DNA of 64,000 nt from Lepidodermella squamata (lineage: Eukaryota > Animalia > Gastrotricha). The notes under the pieces are model-generated. The model ran no database searches. It was not told where the DNA came from and worked only from the letters and a program-made list of their open reading frames with translations. The stretch is taken from NCBI GenBank assembly GCA_047495785.1, contig JBLDXI010000003.1, positions 3,162,001 to 3,226,000 of the forward strand, read 5' to 3'. How positions within the stretch are numbered: position 1 is the stretch's first letter; each line of letters begins with the position of its first letter. Made by a program: the position numbers and the translations under genes. This document shows, piece by piece, positions 23,301 through 34,784 of the stretch.

Positions 23301-26300
23301 GCAGTAGACGGGCTTTTTCAGGCAAACAGGCAGAACGGACCAACTGCCATCGGCGGAGCATTCCGTGAAATACGCGGTTGATTGCATTTCATAACCGGGT
23401 AGACAAGCGTAGTAAACTTTATTGCCAGGGTAGGCGAAATTTCCTTCGAATGATCTCTGAGTTATACGGCCATTTTCAATCGCAGGCGCAATGCCACAAG
23501 TCGATACTGGAAAAATTCAGAAAAATTAAAGAAATTTAAAAAATTAAAATTTTAACAATTTTTGAAAAATTCAAGTTAGAATATTTTTAAATTAAAATTT
23601 TTTTTAAATAAAAAAATTCTTACCCGGAACGCATTCTGGGCTTTCGGTCCATTTTCCATCCATAGCGCATTGAACATAGTTATTGATGCGAGATCCGCAT
23701 GATTTTACGTTGAATTTATATCCATTCACGCATTCGTAGATAACGATAGAACCAACTGGGGGCAAATCAGCGTCGAGAATTTCGTAACTCGTGAAAACAA
23801 TAGCCGCGTTTGCAACAAACGGCGCAGGTCCGCAAGACGTCAAAGAATGCGCGGCAGTAGCTTGAAAAATTTAAAATTGAGAAACAATTAAATAAAAAAA
23901 TAGGAAAAATTACAATTGTCAATGCAAGCGGGTAACGGGCTCCAAGTGCCATCTTTTTGACAGGTAATGGACGATTTTTGACCGTTAGCCATCACATAAT
24001 AATTCGAACAACGGTAGATAGCTCGATTTCCTGGCCGGGCTCTATCTGAACCCGAAAGTTCAAAATCAGCAGAAACGAGCACGCCATTGTAAATTCTCGG
24101 TGGCTGAGGGCAAGACTTCAAATCTTAAATTCGAAAAAAATTAAAAATATCTTTTTAAATTTCGAAAATTCTCACCTTCATTTCTGATGCAATCAGGAAT
24201 AACAGTCCATTTTTTATTGACGCATTTGACCTCGGTATCGCCGTCAATACTGTAACCAGCCTCACAGGCGAAAATCATGCGACTGCCCTCGACGGATACG
24301 TTGGCGAACGATTTTTCAACAATAAAACCATGGTCGATAGTCGGCGCCTTCCCGCAGGCCCCAGACCCGATTGGGGCGCAACTCGGCGGGTCGGACCAAG
24401 ACCCGTCAAACGTGCAAATAATGCGGCGAAGGCCGACGGTTTGATAGCCAGAATCGCAAGCAAATTCAGCCCAATCGCCGACTTGAGCGATCGAATTACT
24501 TCTTTTCACGATTTGCCCGTTCAAAATTGTTGGCGTAGGGCCGCAGTCAGATTTTCGAACTGTAGTTCGGCGAGATGTTGTAGCAGTTGAGGTCGAAGTC
24601 GTGGCTGTTGTAGTCGTCTGGGGTAAGGTCGCGCCTTCAGCTAGGCAGATCGGTAATGAAGACCATGACCCATCGGCTTGGCAGGTGGTTGAGTTCGAAC
24701 TCGAGACTATTCGATAGCCCTTCAGGCATCGGAAAACCATGACATCCCCCGCTTCGCTAGGCATTGATTTCGAGCTAGTGCTTGCTAATTCGCTGTTAGG
24801 GACCGACGGGACATTATCACAGGTGACCCGGATGCATTGAGGCGTTGAGCTGTCCCATTTTCCGCTCGCTAAACAGGACATTGTGCCATTTGCGTTGAGG
24901 CTTGAGTTGAATTTGAACCCGGAATCGCAGTTGTAGGAAATTTTTAGGGTATCAGTTTCGAAATCGACTATTTCACCATTCGCTACTTGCGGGGCTTTTC
25001 CACATTTCGTTTTATCAGCCTCTGTAACCAAAATTCGATTAGTAAATCGGAGATTAAAATTGAAGGGTCTAACCTTCAGAAATTAGGGTGCATGTTGGGG
25101 GCGAAGTCCAGCCCGAACTCATGCACATGGAGGCTCTTTTGTTGGTTATCGCATTGTTTTCGTTGCTTTCAGCGAAAATGTAGCCCAATGAACATTCGTA
25201 AAAAACCTGCAAAAAATTGGCAAAATTAATAAAATTGCTTTGGAAATTAATCTCTATCAAATCCAATTTGAATCGCAAATTTTGGAGCATTCAATATAAT
25301 TTCTAACTAAAATAATTAAAAAATTGATAGTGACCCTCAACTCATTCCGAATTTTCAGCCATTTTGCGAACTTTTGAGGCCCATTTTATCCTAATATTTT
25401 GCTGCCAATACCCACCTTTAATTTTATAGACCTATACCCTACACCCTTGAGCATGATAACATATGAATTTTGCCCAAATTTGTTTCCCAATCTGTTTCCT
25501 TACTTTCGTCCCATTTTAAAATCGTTTCTAATACCTATTCTATATTATTTTGCTCGAAATTATTTTCTAATCTAAGCTAACCGTAGAACCGATAGTTGTA
25601 GACAGTTCAGTATTATCGTCTTTCACGAGCACACCATTCGGTGTAAGAGGAGGCGGGCCACACGAGAAAGGGGTCGTTGTGGCCGCACCAGTTGTTGAAG
25701 CGGTTTTAGCAGTCGAAGCTTGATCAGATCCACCATTACCCGATTTCCCACCATCACTCTGCGGTCCTTTTGTAATCTCAATATTTCTATTTCCGCCGCC
25801 ACTATTGCTGTTCCCATTATTAGTGTCATCAGATTTTTTCGTGGTTTTCGGAAGCGTCGTAGTAGTAGTAGTAGTGGTCGTTGCAGTTGTAGTAGATGCT
25901 GCTGGAAAAACGTTTAAGTATTAATTTTTGCCTAATTGGTTTTTTTCATCCACTCAACACGTGAAACGTTTCAAAAACATAAACAAGAATGTCAGAAAAC
26001 GATTGGACGGCAATAAGTCACTCTCTCTCTCTCTCTCTTTACCAGAATTCGTCGAACTTCGAGTTTCGAATTTCGAACTACCCGAAGTAGTTTCGCTGGC
26101 AGGGATACTAGTAGACGTGCTAGGGTCTATAAGCACGAAACATTGACAATAAATCAATCACAGATGTCGAGATAAAAAATTAAGGAGGCATTAATATTAA
26201 TGCCGCCGGGTATCGCTTTGATCCCAGTTACCGCGTCCCTAGCAACACGCATTTTCTAGATTCTACCATCGATATGTTTAGCTTTTCGATATTTTGATAA

Positions 26301-28836
26301 GGAATATCCTTAGAATAGACGATAAGACGACAAACCTGTTCGAAGGTTATAGCTAACTGTAGGCTTTGTGCCTTGCTGGTCCCAGCAGACAGGTGGATCC
26401 AGGTTCCACTGGCCGACATCTCCGCAAATTATCCCGCTGTAATTGGTGAGTAACGTAGCGCCATTGTTGCACTGATAACGAACCATCGAGCCAGGCATGC
26501 TGACAACTTCGAACGACTTGAAAGCCACAATCGCATTTTTAACCACAGGAGCCTCACCGCAAGATTCTAAATAATTAATTTCAAAATTTAGATTCAAAGC
26601 GAAAAATCAGTAATGACTCACGTGGACACCCTGGAATTGCAGTCCATGATTCGATCATCGTACAAAGGGCAACAGCAGACCCATTCAGGGCATATCCACT
26701 GAAAAAAAGTTGTTAATTAATTAAATTTAATTAAATTAATTAAAAAAGTAAAATTCATACTTATTGCATGAATATGTGATAGTATCGCCCGGTACGCTTT
26801 TGTTTCCCTCGAATGTTTGCGAATAAATATAGCCATTGACAATTTTCGGTGCCGGGCCGCATGACCTCGATAAAATGTCCCGATTCGGCTGGCAAACCGG
26901 CGGGAAAGTCCACACGCCACCCGCCTGGCAAGCGACCGTATTTTTCCCAGCAATGTCGTAGCCTGTTTTACACGCATACGTCACCGTGTCGCCCTCTTTA
27001 GACATCGCATCGGCCGCGAAGGATCGGTCGATGATTGTTGCTGAGTTGATGACAGGTGCTGGGCCGCAGGATCCGCTGGAAAATGTCACTGTTGTAGCGG
27101 CCTGGGTTGAGGTGACTATTGTCGAGTCGCCTGGGTTACTGGGTGTCAGTGGCTGGGTGACAGCGCCGCCAGCTGGGGTTCCAACGCTCGTAATCACCGG
27201 CTGGGTCGATGTCGTAGTAGTACTAGTCGTAGTACTCGCTAAAATTGATAATTGAAAATTCGATGAAAAAAAATGAAAAATTTAATACTTGATTCTGTTG
27301 TTGTTGTTATTGAGACACATCTCGGAGTGGTGGACCAGTTAAGGGTGAGTAGACAAACAACACGATCCGGGCTGCCATCGGCGAAAGCGTAGCCGTCTTT
27401 ACAGGTGAAAGTTATCATATCACCAGCTCGGCTCATGACTGCGTACGATTTCGAAACAGCAACCGCGTTTTCAACAACAGGATACTGAACTCCGCAAGAT
27501 CCTAGGAATGAACATTCGGATTTAGAATTTCAATCAAATTTTGAAAAATTCAGCCAAATTTTAATGACGGGTCCCACATTGGTTCCGTGTTTTGAAATTT
27601 AGTTCCGCTTCAGTCATTTTGGGTTTACTAAATTCTCCACGTGATATTCTGCCTTAATTTTTGGTTAAAATTTTTATGATTATTTTTTGAAAATTTTGAA
27701 ATAAAATAAAAGGCTTATTATCGTAAATTTTGTTACGGTGAAAAAACGACTTGAAAAAAATATTTTCAAAAAAAATAATGCATCACCTAAAAAAGACCAG
27801 ATAATATTTTGAATTTTTTTTGCGATTTCAGATTTTTTGTAAATAACCCGATAATTAATTAGGTCACTTTCCAGGTTCAATTCGTTTCTATTATTCGAGC
27901 AATATGGTGAATTAAATTCCTCATAATAAGGCATAATTGTGGTAATTACCTAGGCAAAGAGGAAGCGGCGAAAATGTAGCATTCGCTTGGCACGAGACGT
28001 ACATAGACCCAGCCAGGATAAAGCCTTCCTTGCACGCGTACATGATAAAATCACCCGAGAAAAATAACCCATTCGCCGAGGATACAACAACCGTGGCATG
28101 CGGAACTTCTGGCAACGGACCACAACTGATATAAGCCTCACCTAAAATATTTAAAAAAATTAATTAAAAATTTCGAAATATTAATTAACTTACTGTCGGG
28201 TGAAATTTTTGCTAATAGCGCTGGAATTCTTGCAACAGGTTTCGCTACAATTTCAGTGCCACTTCGCAGTTCTTTGATCTGCCTGATATCGGCGAGTCCA
28301 AGGAAACCGATGTATGTTGGGTAATTTTCGGGGTCACGAATATTGCTCCGATAGGGCACGACATTATTCGCCTCGGCAATGTCGTAAAAATCGTAAAATA
28401 GCCCGAAAATATTGCCCTTTTCAGCTCGAAATGGCTTCCCGACTGAAAGCAGCGGCAGTTGGACGGTTTGCCAGGTTTTCGCCGAATTAGACGCATTGAC
28501 ATCGACCCGCATGTAGCTCAACATGCGGAACGAGCCCGGGCGACTAGCAATCGGCTCTAGCACGGCTAAATTGAAGTATTTAGCCGCCGAACTGGCGAAA
28601 TTGTTGATAAAAGTGACGGATTGAATGACGCCTGAGCACGGTGCGGTCATCCATGGGTAGATGTGGAGGAGACTGCTGGTTTCTGGGTAGAAATCCACGC
28701 TCGACTCAGGCGAGGCGACGCCAACTTTACACCCTGCACCGCCGGATCTAGAGACAGCGGCCGGTGTTGGGACGATTTGACTTGAAATTACGGGGATTAA
28801 TTGAAAAATTATCACTGCAGGTAATATAGTCATCAT
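20353..28836 (-). CDS. Secreted protein: N-terminal beta-rich domain, about 19 sushi/CCP repeats with Thr/Ser-rich linkers, C-terminal VWA domain
   Basis: Signal peptide MMTILPAVIIFQLIPVISS. Repeated CGxxPxxxNG..YxC..GY...C...GxWS..PxC across multiple exons. VWA with VIFVSDLSES (DxSxS) and IFVVGVG. No transmembrane segment seen. Confidence 0.88.
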
Positions 28837-29531
28837 GTCATCTTGGCGTTAAACTTCTAAAAATAGGGGATAAATAATAAAGACGAATTTTCTATATCGT
28901 TTTTCCTTGATGATTAAATATTATTCAGTCGCTATCTAAGCAGGTGAGTTTGTATTGTTCGCGACGCTGGCACTCGGGCAATATGACGAATAATAACATA
29001 TGTGAGCGGCATCGATTGCTTAGCTTGAAGCTTATATGATGGGTATATGCTGGCTGGTTGTTGCTAGGTGGCATCACACAACTCCTCGCAAAACAATCGC
29101 TCAATGGAATCACTAATGACGCAATTTTTGCGCGACAGCCATCACTACTCATCTAAATATTGGCGCCAAATTCAAAATAGAGGCAACCAGTCTTTATCAC
29201 TGATTCTTTTCAGAGCCTTGTGACTTGCCAAAATAAAAACACTAATTTTGGGTTTGTCATGTTATCCCACTACATAGTGGAGCAGCAACCACTAGAAACT
29301 GATTGGAATAAAATATTTTATGGAAAATTGTTCCTAAATGAAAAACAGCACACTGGTTTTTTTTTTATAAAATTCAGACACTTGAGTACGTTCATAATTT
29401 ATTTGAATTTCATTTTCATATAATGCAGCTATTATTGCAAAAATAGTCGCTTTCAAGCTCAGAATTTTCCACGAGGAGCAATATCTTTGAAAGAATTCTT
29501 AGATCACAAGTAATCATTTTAGATCATGTTC

Positions 29532-30633
29532 TCAATAGTAGTAGCCATGCTTGCCGCCCTTCTTGCCATAGCGACCATCGCGATAGCTGGCAGAGACAGA
29601 TCCGCGGAATTTGTGGGTAGCGCGTTCAGCCGAGGCGGAGGCGCGTTTGCGGCCGTACTTGGCTCCAGCCTTGCGGGCGTGGGCAGAGTCGGAGACGGAG
29701 GTCTTCTTGTTGCTGGCCTTGTACTTGCGGGAGTTGCGCGAGTCACGAGCGACGGAGGCCGAGGCGCGGCGGTGGTGGGCCTTGTTGCGCTTCGCCTTCT
29801 TCGAGGCAGCGGCGGCCGAGGCCTTCGAGTCGCGGGAAGCGTAGTCGGCAGAGTGGGCCTTGCGGGACTTCTTGCCGTGGGCCTTCTTGGCGGTCTTTTT
29901 GCGGGTGGCAGTGGTGGCAGCGCCGTCAGAGTCGTAGGCACCGAAGTTCTTGGCACCGGATTCGTAGCTGAACTTGTTGACCTTGTTGTGGCCCTTGTCG
30001 GTGAAGGTCTTCTTCTTGAACTCGATCTCTTCACCCTTCTTGTCGCGGGCCTGGTCCTTGGTGAAAGCAGCCTTGCGCTTGTGGTCGGCACGGCCGTGCT
30101 TCTTGTTGCGGCTGTGTTTCTGGGCAGCGGCGGCGGCGCCAGAATCTTTGTAGGCGTTGGCGTGCTGGGCGAAGGCAGCCGAGCCGCTGTGGCGCTGCTT
30201 GCGATTGCGGCGCTTGCTGCCGGCCTTGGACTTCTTCTGGTCGTAGGCGGAGTCACGCTTGCCAGCAGATTCGTAGTTAGCCGAGGCGCGTTCGGCGCTG
30301 GCCGATCGTTCCTTGATCAGCTTGCGCTTGTCGCTGGTCTTCTTGTTGTGGGAAGCATCGGCCGAGGCGTAGTCGACGGCACCGTTCTCTTGCTCAGCAG
30401 AGGCCGACTTGCGGTCGTAGGTGTCGCGTTGGTCGACCGAGGCGGAGAAAGAGGCACGGCGGCCACCCTTGTGACCACCATATCCCTTGCCGTGGCCGCC
30501 CTCCTTCTGGTTGAAGGTAGCAGAGCTGAGAGCTATTAAAAAGGCACGGCAATAATTAAATGGCTGATTACGAACTGAAGCTCTTACCGGCGCAGCCCAA
30601 AGCGATGATTGCCAAAACCAAGACAGTTCGCAT
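29532..30633 (-). CDS. Secreted Lys/Arg/Ala/Ser-rich low-complexity protein, about 348 aa (exons 30633-30588 and 30532-29532); missing from the ORF track
   Basis: MRTVLVLAIIALGCA G|gtaaga...taatag|CTCTCAGC continues uninterrupted as ALSSATFNQKEGGHGKGYGGHKGGRRASFSAS...GRYGKKGGKHGYYY-TGA. Strong GCC/AAG/CGC codon bias. Confidence 0.9.
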
Positions 30634-30781
30634 CGTAAATAAAACCGATAAAATTTCTAAAATTCAAGAAATGTTTTAAACTTCAATAACTTTCATTTTC
30701 CGCCCAAGAAGGCTAAATAAATTATATTTTCATTTTTTGATAACGTGTTGGGCTCATCTCAACTTTTCATCACAGATACGC

Positions 30782-31459
30782 TTAATGCCAGAAAAAGCCA
30801 TTGCGACGGCCGTAGAAGTCGCCGGACGAGGACGAGCCGCTGTAGAAACCGCGATGACCGAAGCGACCGTAGCCGTAGCCATGGCGACCACGGCCGTAGA
30901 ATCCACGACGACCGTGACGGCCGTATCCGAAACCGCGGCGACCGAAGCGACCACCGTGGCGACGGCCATAGAAACCGCGTCCGTGGCGACGGCCGCGGAA
31001 GGAACCAGACAGGGACGAGCGGGAGCCACGGCGGCCGATGAAGTGGCCACGGCGACCACGGTTGTCACCAGCACTGGCCGAGGCGGAGTTCTTGTTGACG
31101 GAGGCCGAGGCGTAGTTGCCACCACGACGGCGACCGAAGAAGCCGCGACGGCCACGGTTGTTGCCGGCAGCAGCCGAGGCGGAGCGGCGGTTGACGGAGG
31201 CAGAGGCGAAGTTGCCGCGACGACCCTTGTGGCCGAAGAAGCGACCACCGCGACGGTTGTCACCGGCCGAGGCGGAGGCCGAGCGCTTGTTCACCGAGGC
31301 GGAAACATTGTTGCCACCACGTCCACGCTTGCCAAGGTTCGCCGAGGTGGCGACTAAAAATTATTGAAAAAATGCAAATTTTCGAAAGGATTATCATCGT
31401 TTCAGGATATTACCGATGCAGAAGAGGGCGACAACAGCTACAACCAAAATAGCGCGCAT
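30782..31459 (-). CDS. Secreted Gly/Arg/aromatic-rich repetitive protein, about 205 aa (exons 31459-31414 and 31353-30782)
   Basis: MRAILVVAVVALFCI G|gtaata...ttttag|TCGCC joins the 170-aa ORF frame. Three units of about 31 aa (SASVNxxSASAxAGxNRxRG.FFG..RG) are followed by a G/R/H/F/Y tail. Confidence 0.9.
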
Positions 31460-31510
31460 GATTAGTTTTGAGCTAATGTATTCACTTGATAAATTGAGAA
31501 TTATCGAAGG

Positions 31511-31549
31511 ACTGATGATTTCAAAACCTTCGAAGTGCCCCTTTAAAAA
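31511..31549 (-). promoter_or_regulatory. Candidate core promoter (TTTAAA plus TCAGT initiator) upstream of the cationic gene pair
   Basis: On the minus strand, TTTTTAAAGG lies about 30 nt upstream of TCAGT (31515-31511); ATG at 31459. Confidence 0.45.
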
Positions 31550-31887
31550 CCATTCGAATGGGATTGTTGTGAAATCCCGCCGCTAGTTGAAACGTGCGTC
31601 GTTTCAAGATCGCGAGCATGTTTACGTTCATGCTGAGCGCAATTTCAGACTTCATTGTTTTTTCGCTGAAAACAAATTATTCGCACGCGCGGGCAATTAG
31701 AAGCACGCCACACCCGTTCATGAAAAAACAATAAGTTTTTCAACCTGGAATAGTGAATTTTCATATCTCCTAAAAGTTAGAAAAGAACCAATAATTCGAT
31801 TCAGAAAGACTGGAAAATTTATTTTGCTCTCAATAATATTGGGTTCAACGGAATTTCATGAAAATATCTCTGGAATCCAAGTCAATA

Positions 31888-34784
31888 TCACGAGTCCAAT
31901 GGAATGACTTGAGATCCGCCGGGTAGACGTTCAAAATCCGGAAATTCATGCGCTCCATCCGCCATATCAGCATCCGTCTGGTTCGAGCCCAGCTGAATTA
32001 GATAATTATACAAATCAATCGGCAACTTCGCGCCCCGTTTCAGCAAAACCTCCGCAGTCTCAAGGTGATCAGTGGTTTGGAAACAAAAACACAGCGCAGA
32101 TAGCGCGGTTGGTTCGTCGCCACTTCGAGCTGAAATATCGGCGCCTTTTTCCAGCAAGTACTCAACAACCCGGGTCGACCCGGACGAGGCGGCTTCCATC
32201 AAAGGCGTCCGATCCCGATAACCTCGGCAATTTACGTCGAATCGCGCGGTTTCGACTAAATAACGGACGAAAGGTAGTTGGTTCGATTGAGCAGCCCAGT
32301 GGAGTAAGTTTCTCCCATCATCGGTCGTCGCCTCAATAGATTTCGGGTCTCTCTTCAATAAGATATCTAAAATATCCAGATTTCCGGATCTACACGCGTA
32401 GTGAACTGCTGTAAAGCCGTTGTAGCTTTCGTTAGTTCGAGTGCGAATATTAGCGCCTTTTTCCAAGAGGTAGTCAATCGCATCTTTCTGCCCGCCGCCT
32501 GCAGCGTACATCAACGGCGTCGCGTCCGAACGACCCTGAGTGTCGACATTTTGCCCGTATTTTTCGATGAGGAGTTTCAGAACTTCGATTTCGCCAGATC
32601 TAGCGGCGTAGCGAAGAGCGACATCGCCAACTCCGTCTCGAGCTTCGATTAGGTTCGCATCCCGGGCAATTAAGGCTTCGATTACGGCCACGTGACCTCG
32701 ATCGGCCGCCATGTGGATTGCCATTCGTTTACATCTTTCCACCAAATAATTCCAGCTCCTATACAAAAATTGGAAAAAATTATTCAAAATTATTTAAAAT
32801 TAAAATTTTAAAATTGAAAATTGAAAATGAATTAAAAATTTAGATCAAATATTACTATTAATATTAACTAAAAATTCAATTTTAAAAAGAGTTAAAAAAT
32901 TCAGGAAAAAATAGAAATGCATTCTCGTTTTAAATTTTCCGAATTCAATTTTTTCTCAAATTTTCTAAAAATAAAAGAAATTCTTATCGCATCGAACCTA
33001 GCAGATATATCGGCGCCTTTTGACATGAGGTATTCGACTACACGGACATGTCCCTTCGATGCCGCTATCATCAAAGCCGTTCTCGCCCCGTCATCGCCCT
33101 GCCGTTCATCCACATTCATTCCAAACTCTTCAATCAGCCGTTTGACAACGCCTAGATGACCGATTTCCGCCGCCATTCGTAACGCTCGCATGTGGTCGAT
33201 CTCGCCGGGTAGTAACGATGAGCCACTGATCGCCATTATATAATCCATCGAATCGAAGTCGCTGTTATGAAATGCCTCGTTAAAGCCCAACATGCCAGAT
33301 GAGGAGATCGTGCTTCCAGGGTACGACCGGCAATTCATAAAAGGGCAAAGAACTTCGAGCACATCGATTGGTGTTAAATTTTCGCCAAAAATAATCCGTT
33401 TCAGCGAGGCAAACAGAGGCAAACGACTGAAATCGGCCGCTATTTGCAGCAAATTCCTCATTTCGTTTTCGTTCAACCGCGGCAGGAGAAGATGAACAAT
33501 TTGGGAATGACCGAAAATTGCGGCGACTTGGGCGATTTCGAACGTGATTTTCGCGCCTTTTTCCATCAGATAATGCACCACTTCTAACCTGCCAGCCATT
33601 GCAGCGAGAAATAGAGGTGTCCGCTGTTCGAAACCAGCTTGATCAATATCGATCTCAAACTTTTCAATAAGAAATTGAAGAATTTCTAGGTGGCCGAATG
33701 CGGCTGAATAGTGGATAGGCGAATAACCATCCATGTCAGTTACGTCTTTCAGCGAGCCATCGTGCTCTAACAAGAGTTTGACCTCATTTAAATGACCATA
33801 TTTCGCGGCGGCGTGAATGGCAGTAAAGCCACGATCGTCCGACCCACTAATTAAATGTGGGTCAGCGCCGTGTTTTAGAAGACACGTAATCGCATCGCTT
33901 CTACCGTCTCTTGCAGCCAAAATAAGGGCAGATCGATGATTGTAACCAGGCAAATCGATAATTTCTCGGCCAAATCGTGAAATTAGCAGTTCGATGACGT
34001 GAACTTGGCCGGACATCGCGGTAAAATGAAATGCTGTGTTATCCTGATAGCCCTTGTCATAGGCTAGACTGGAATCCAGGGTTAGAAGAAGCTCGAGTAA
34101 AATCACATCGCCTGTTTCAGCGGCAGCGTGAAATGCCAGCATCTCGATGTCCGACGCAACAGCTTCACCGTTTTCATCCTCCAAGGCAGCTCGAACTCGA
34201 TGAATCGCTGCGAGTTATAATTAACAAAAATTTAAGAAAAATCCAATAAAAAATTCATACCTAATTCGGGCCGAAGTTTGTTGCTCGTTGCCTTAGACAC
34301 GAATGAGTCCATTTTTTCAAGCCTCTGTCGATATCGCCGAATTTCACTCCTCGACGTTGGCAACTGCCGAGACATCCAATGACAGCCGGCATATCTCGAT
34401 TGAGCGCTGGCTGGCTGATCTCTCGAAATTTGAAGCTTCCTAGCGTCGTAGACCCTAGCTTCATCTTTTTGCCATTCAACATGAGCATAATATTGAGCCT
34501 TATAAGTTTCATCATCTTCACCAGCGGCTTCCTCACTCTCGGTAGAACCAGTTAAATCCTGGTGATGAATGCCACATCGCAAAATGTACCAGGCTAGATG
34601 TTCGGTTGGATCAGAGCAATTTTCGTCGAGTTTCAAGAATCCTAAAAATTTCCGAAAAATTATTGTTTTCATTTTATTAAAATTATTTACCTAGATTATC
34701 AGGAGGGAATACGTTAACGATGTGAGACTTAATTTTGCTGTTCACATTGTCGATTTCTTGCTGATCGTCCTCAATTTGATGCAT
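31888..34784 (-). CDS. Ankyrin-repeat protein (about 17-18 repeats), about 4 exons
   Basis: ATG at 34784 (MHQIEDDQQEID..). Repeated TAxHxAA..G / TPLMxAA..G..VVxYLLEKGA in the 427-aa and 299-aa ORFs. Confidence 0.88.

Noticed and set aside
29526-30539. 337-aa hydrophobic plus-strand ORF resembling a membrane protein, and the 245-aa Pro/Arg/Thr minus ORF
   Set aside because: Antisense and off-frame shadows of the codon-biased cationic gene. The real frame has a signal-peptide exon and proper splice sites.
30737-31367. Several overlapping Ala/Thr/Val-rich ORFs on both strands
   Set aside because: Shadows of the repetitive Gly/Arg gene.
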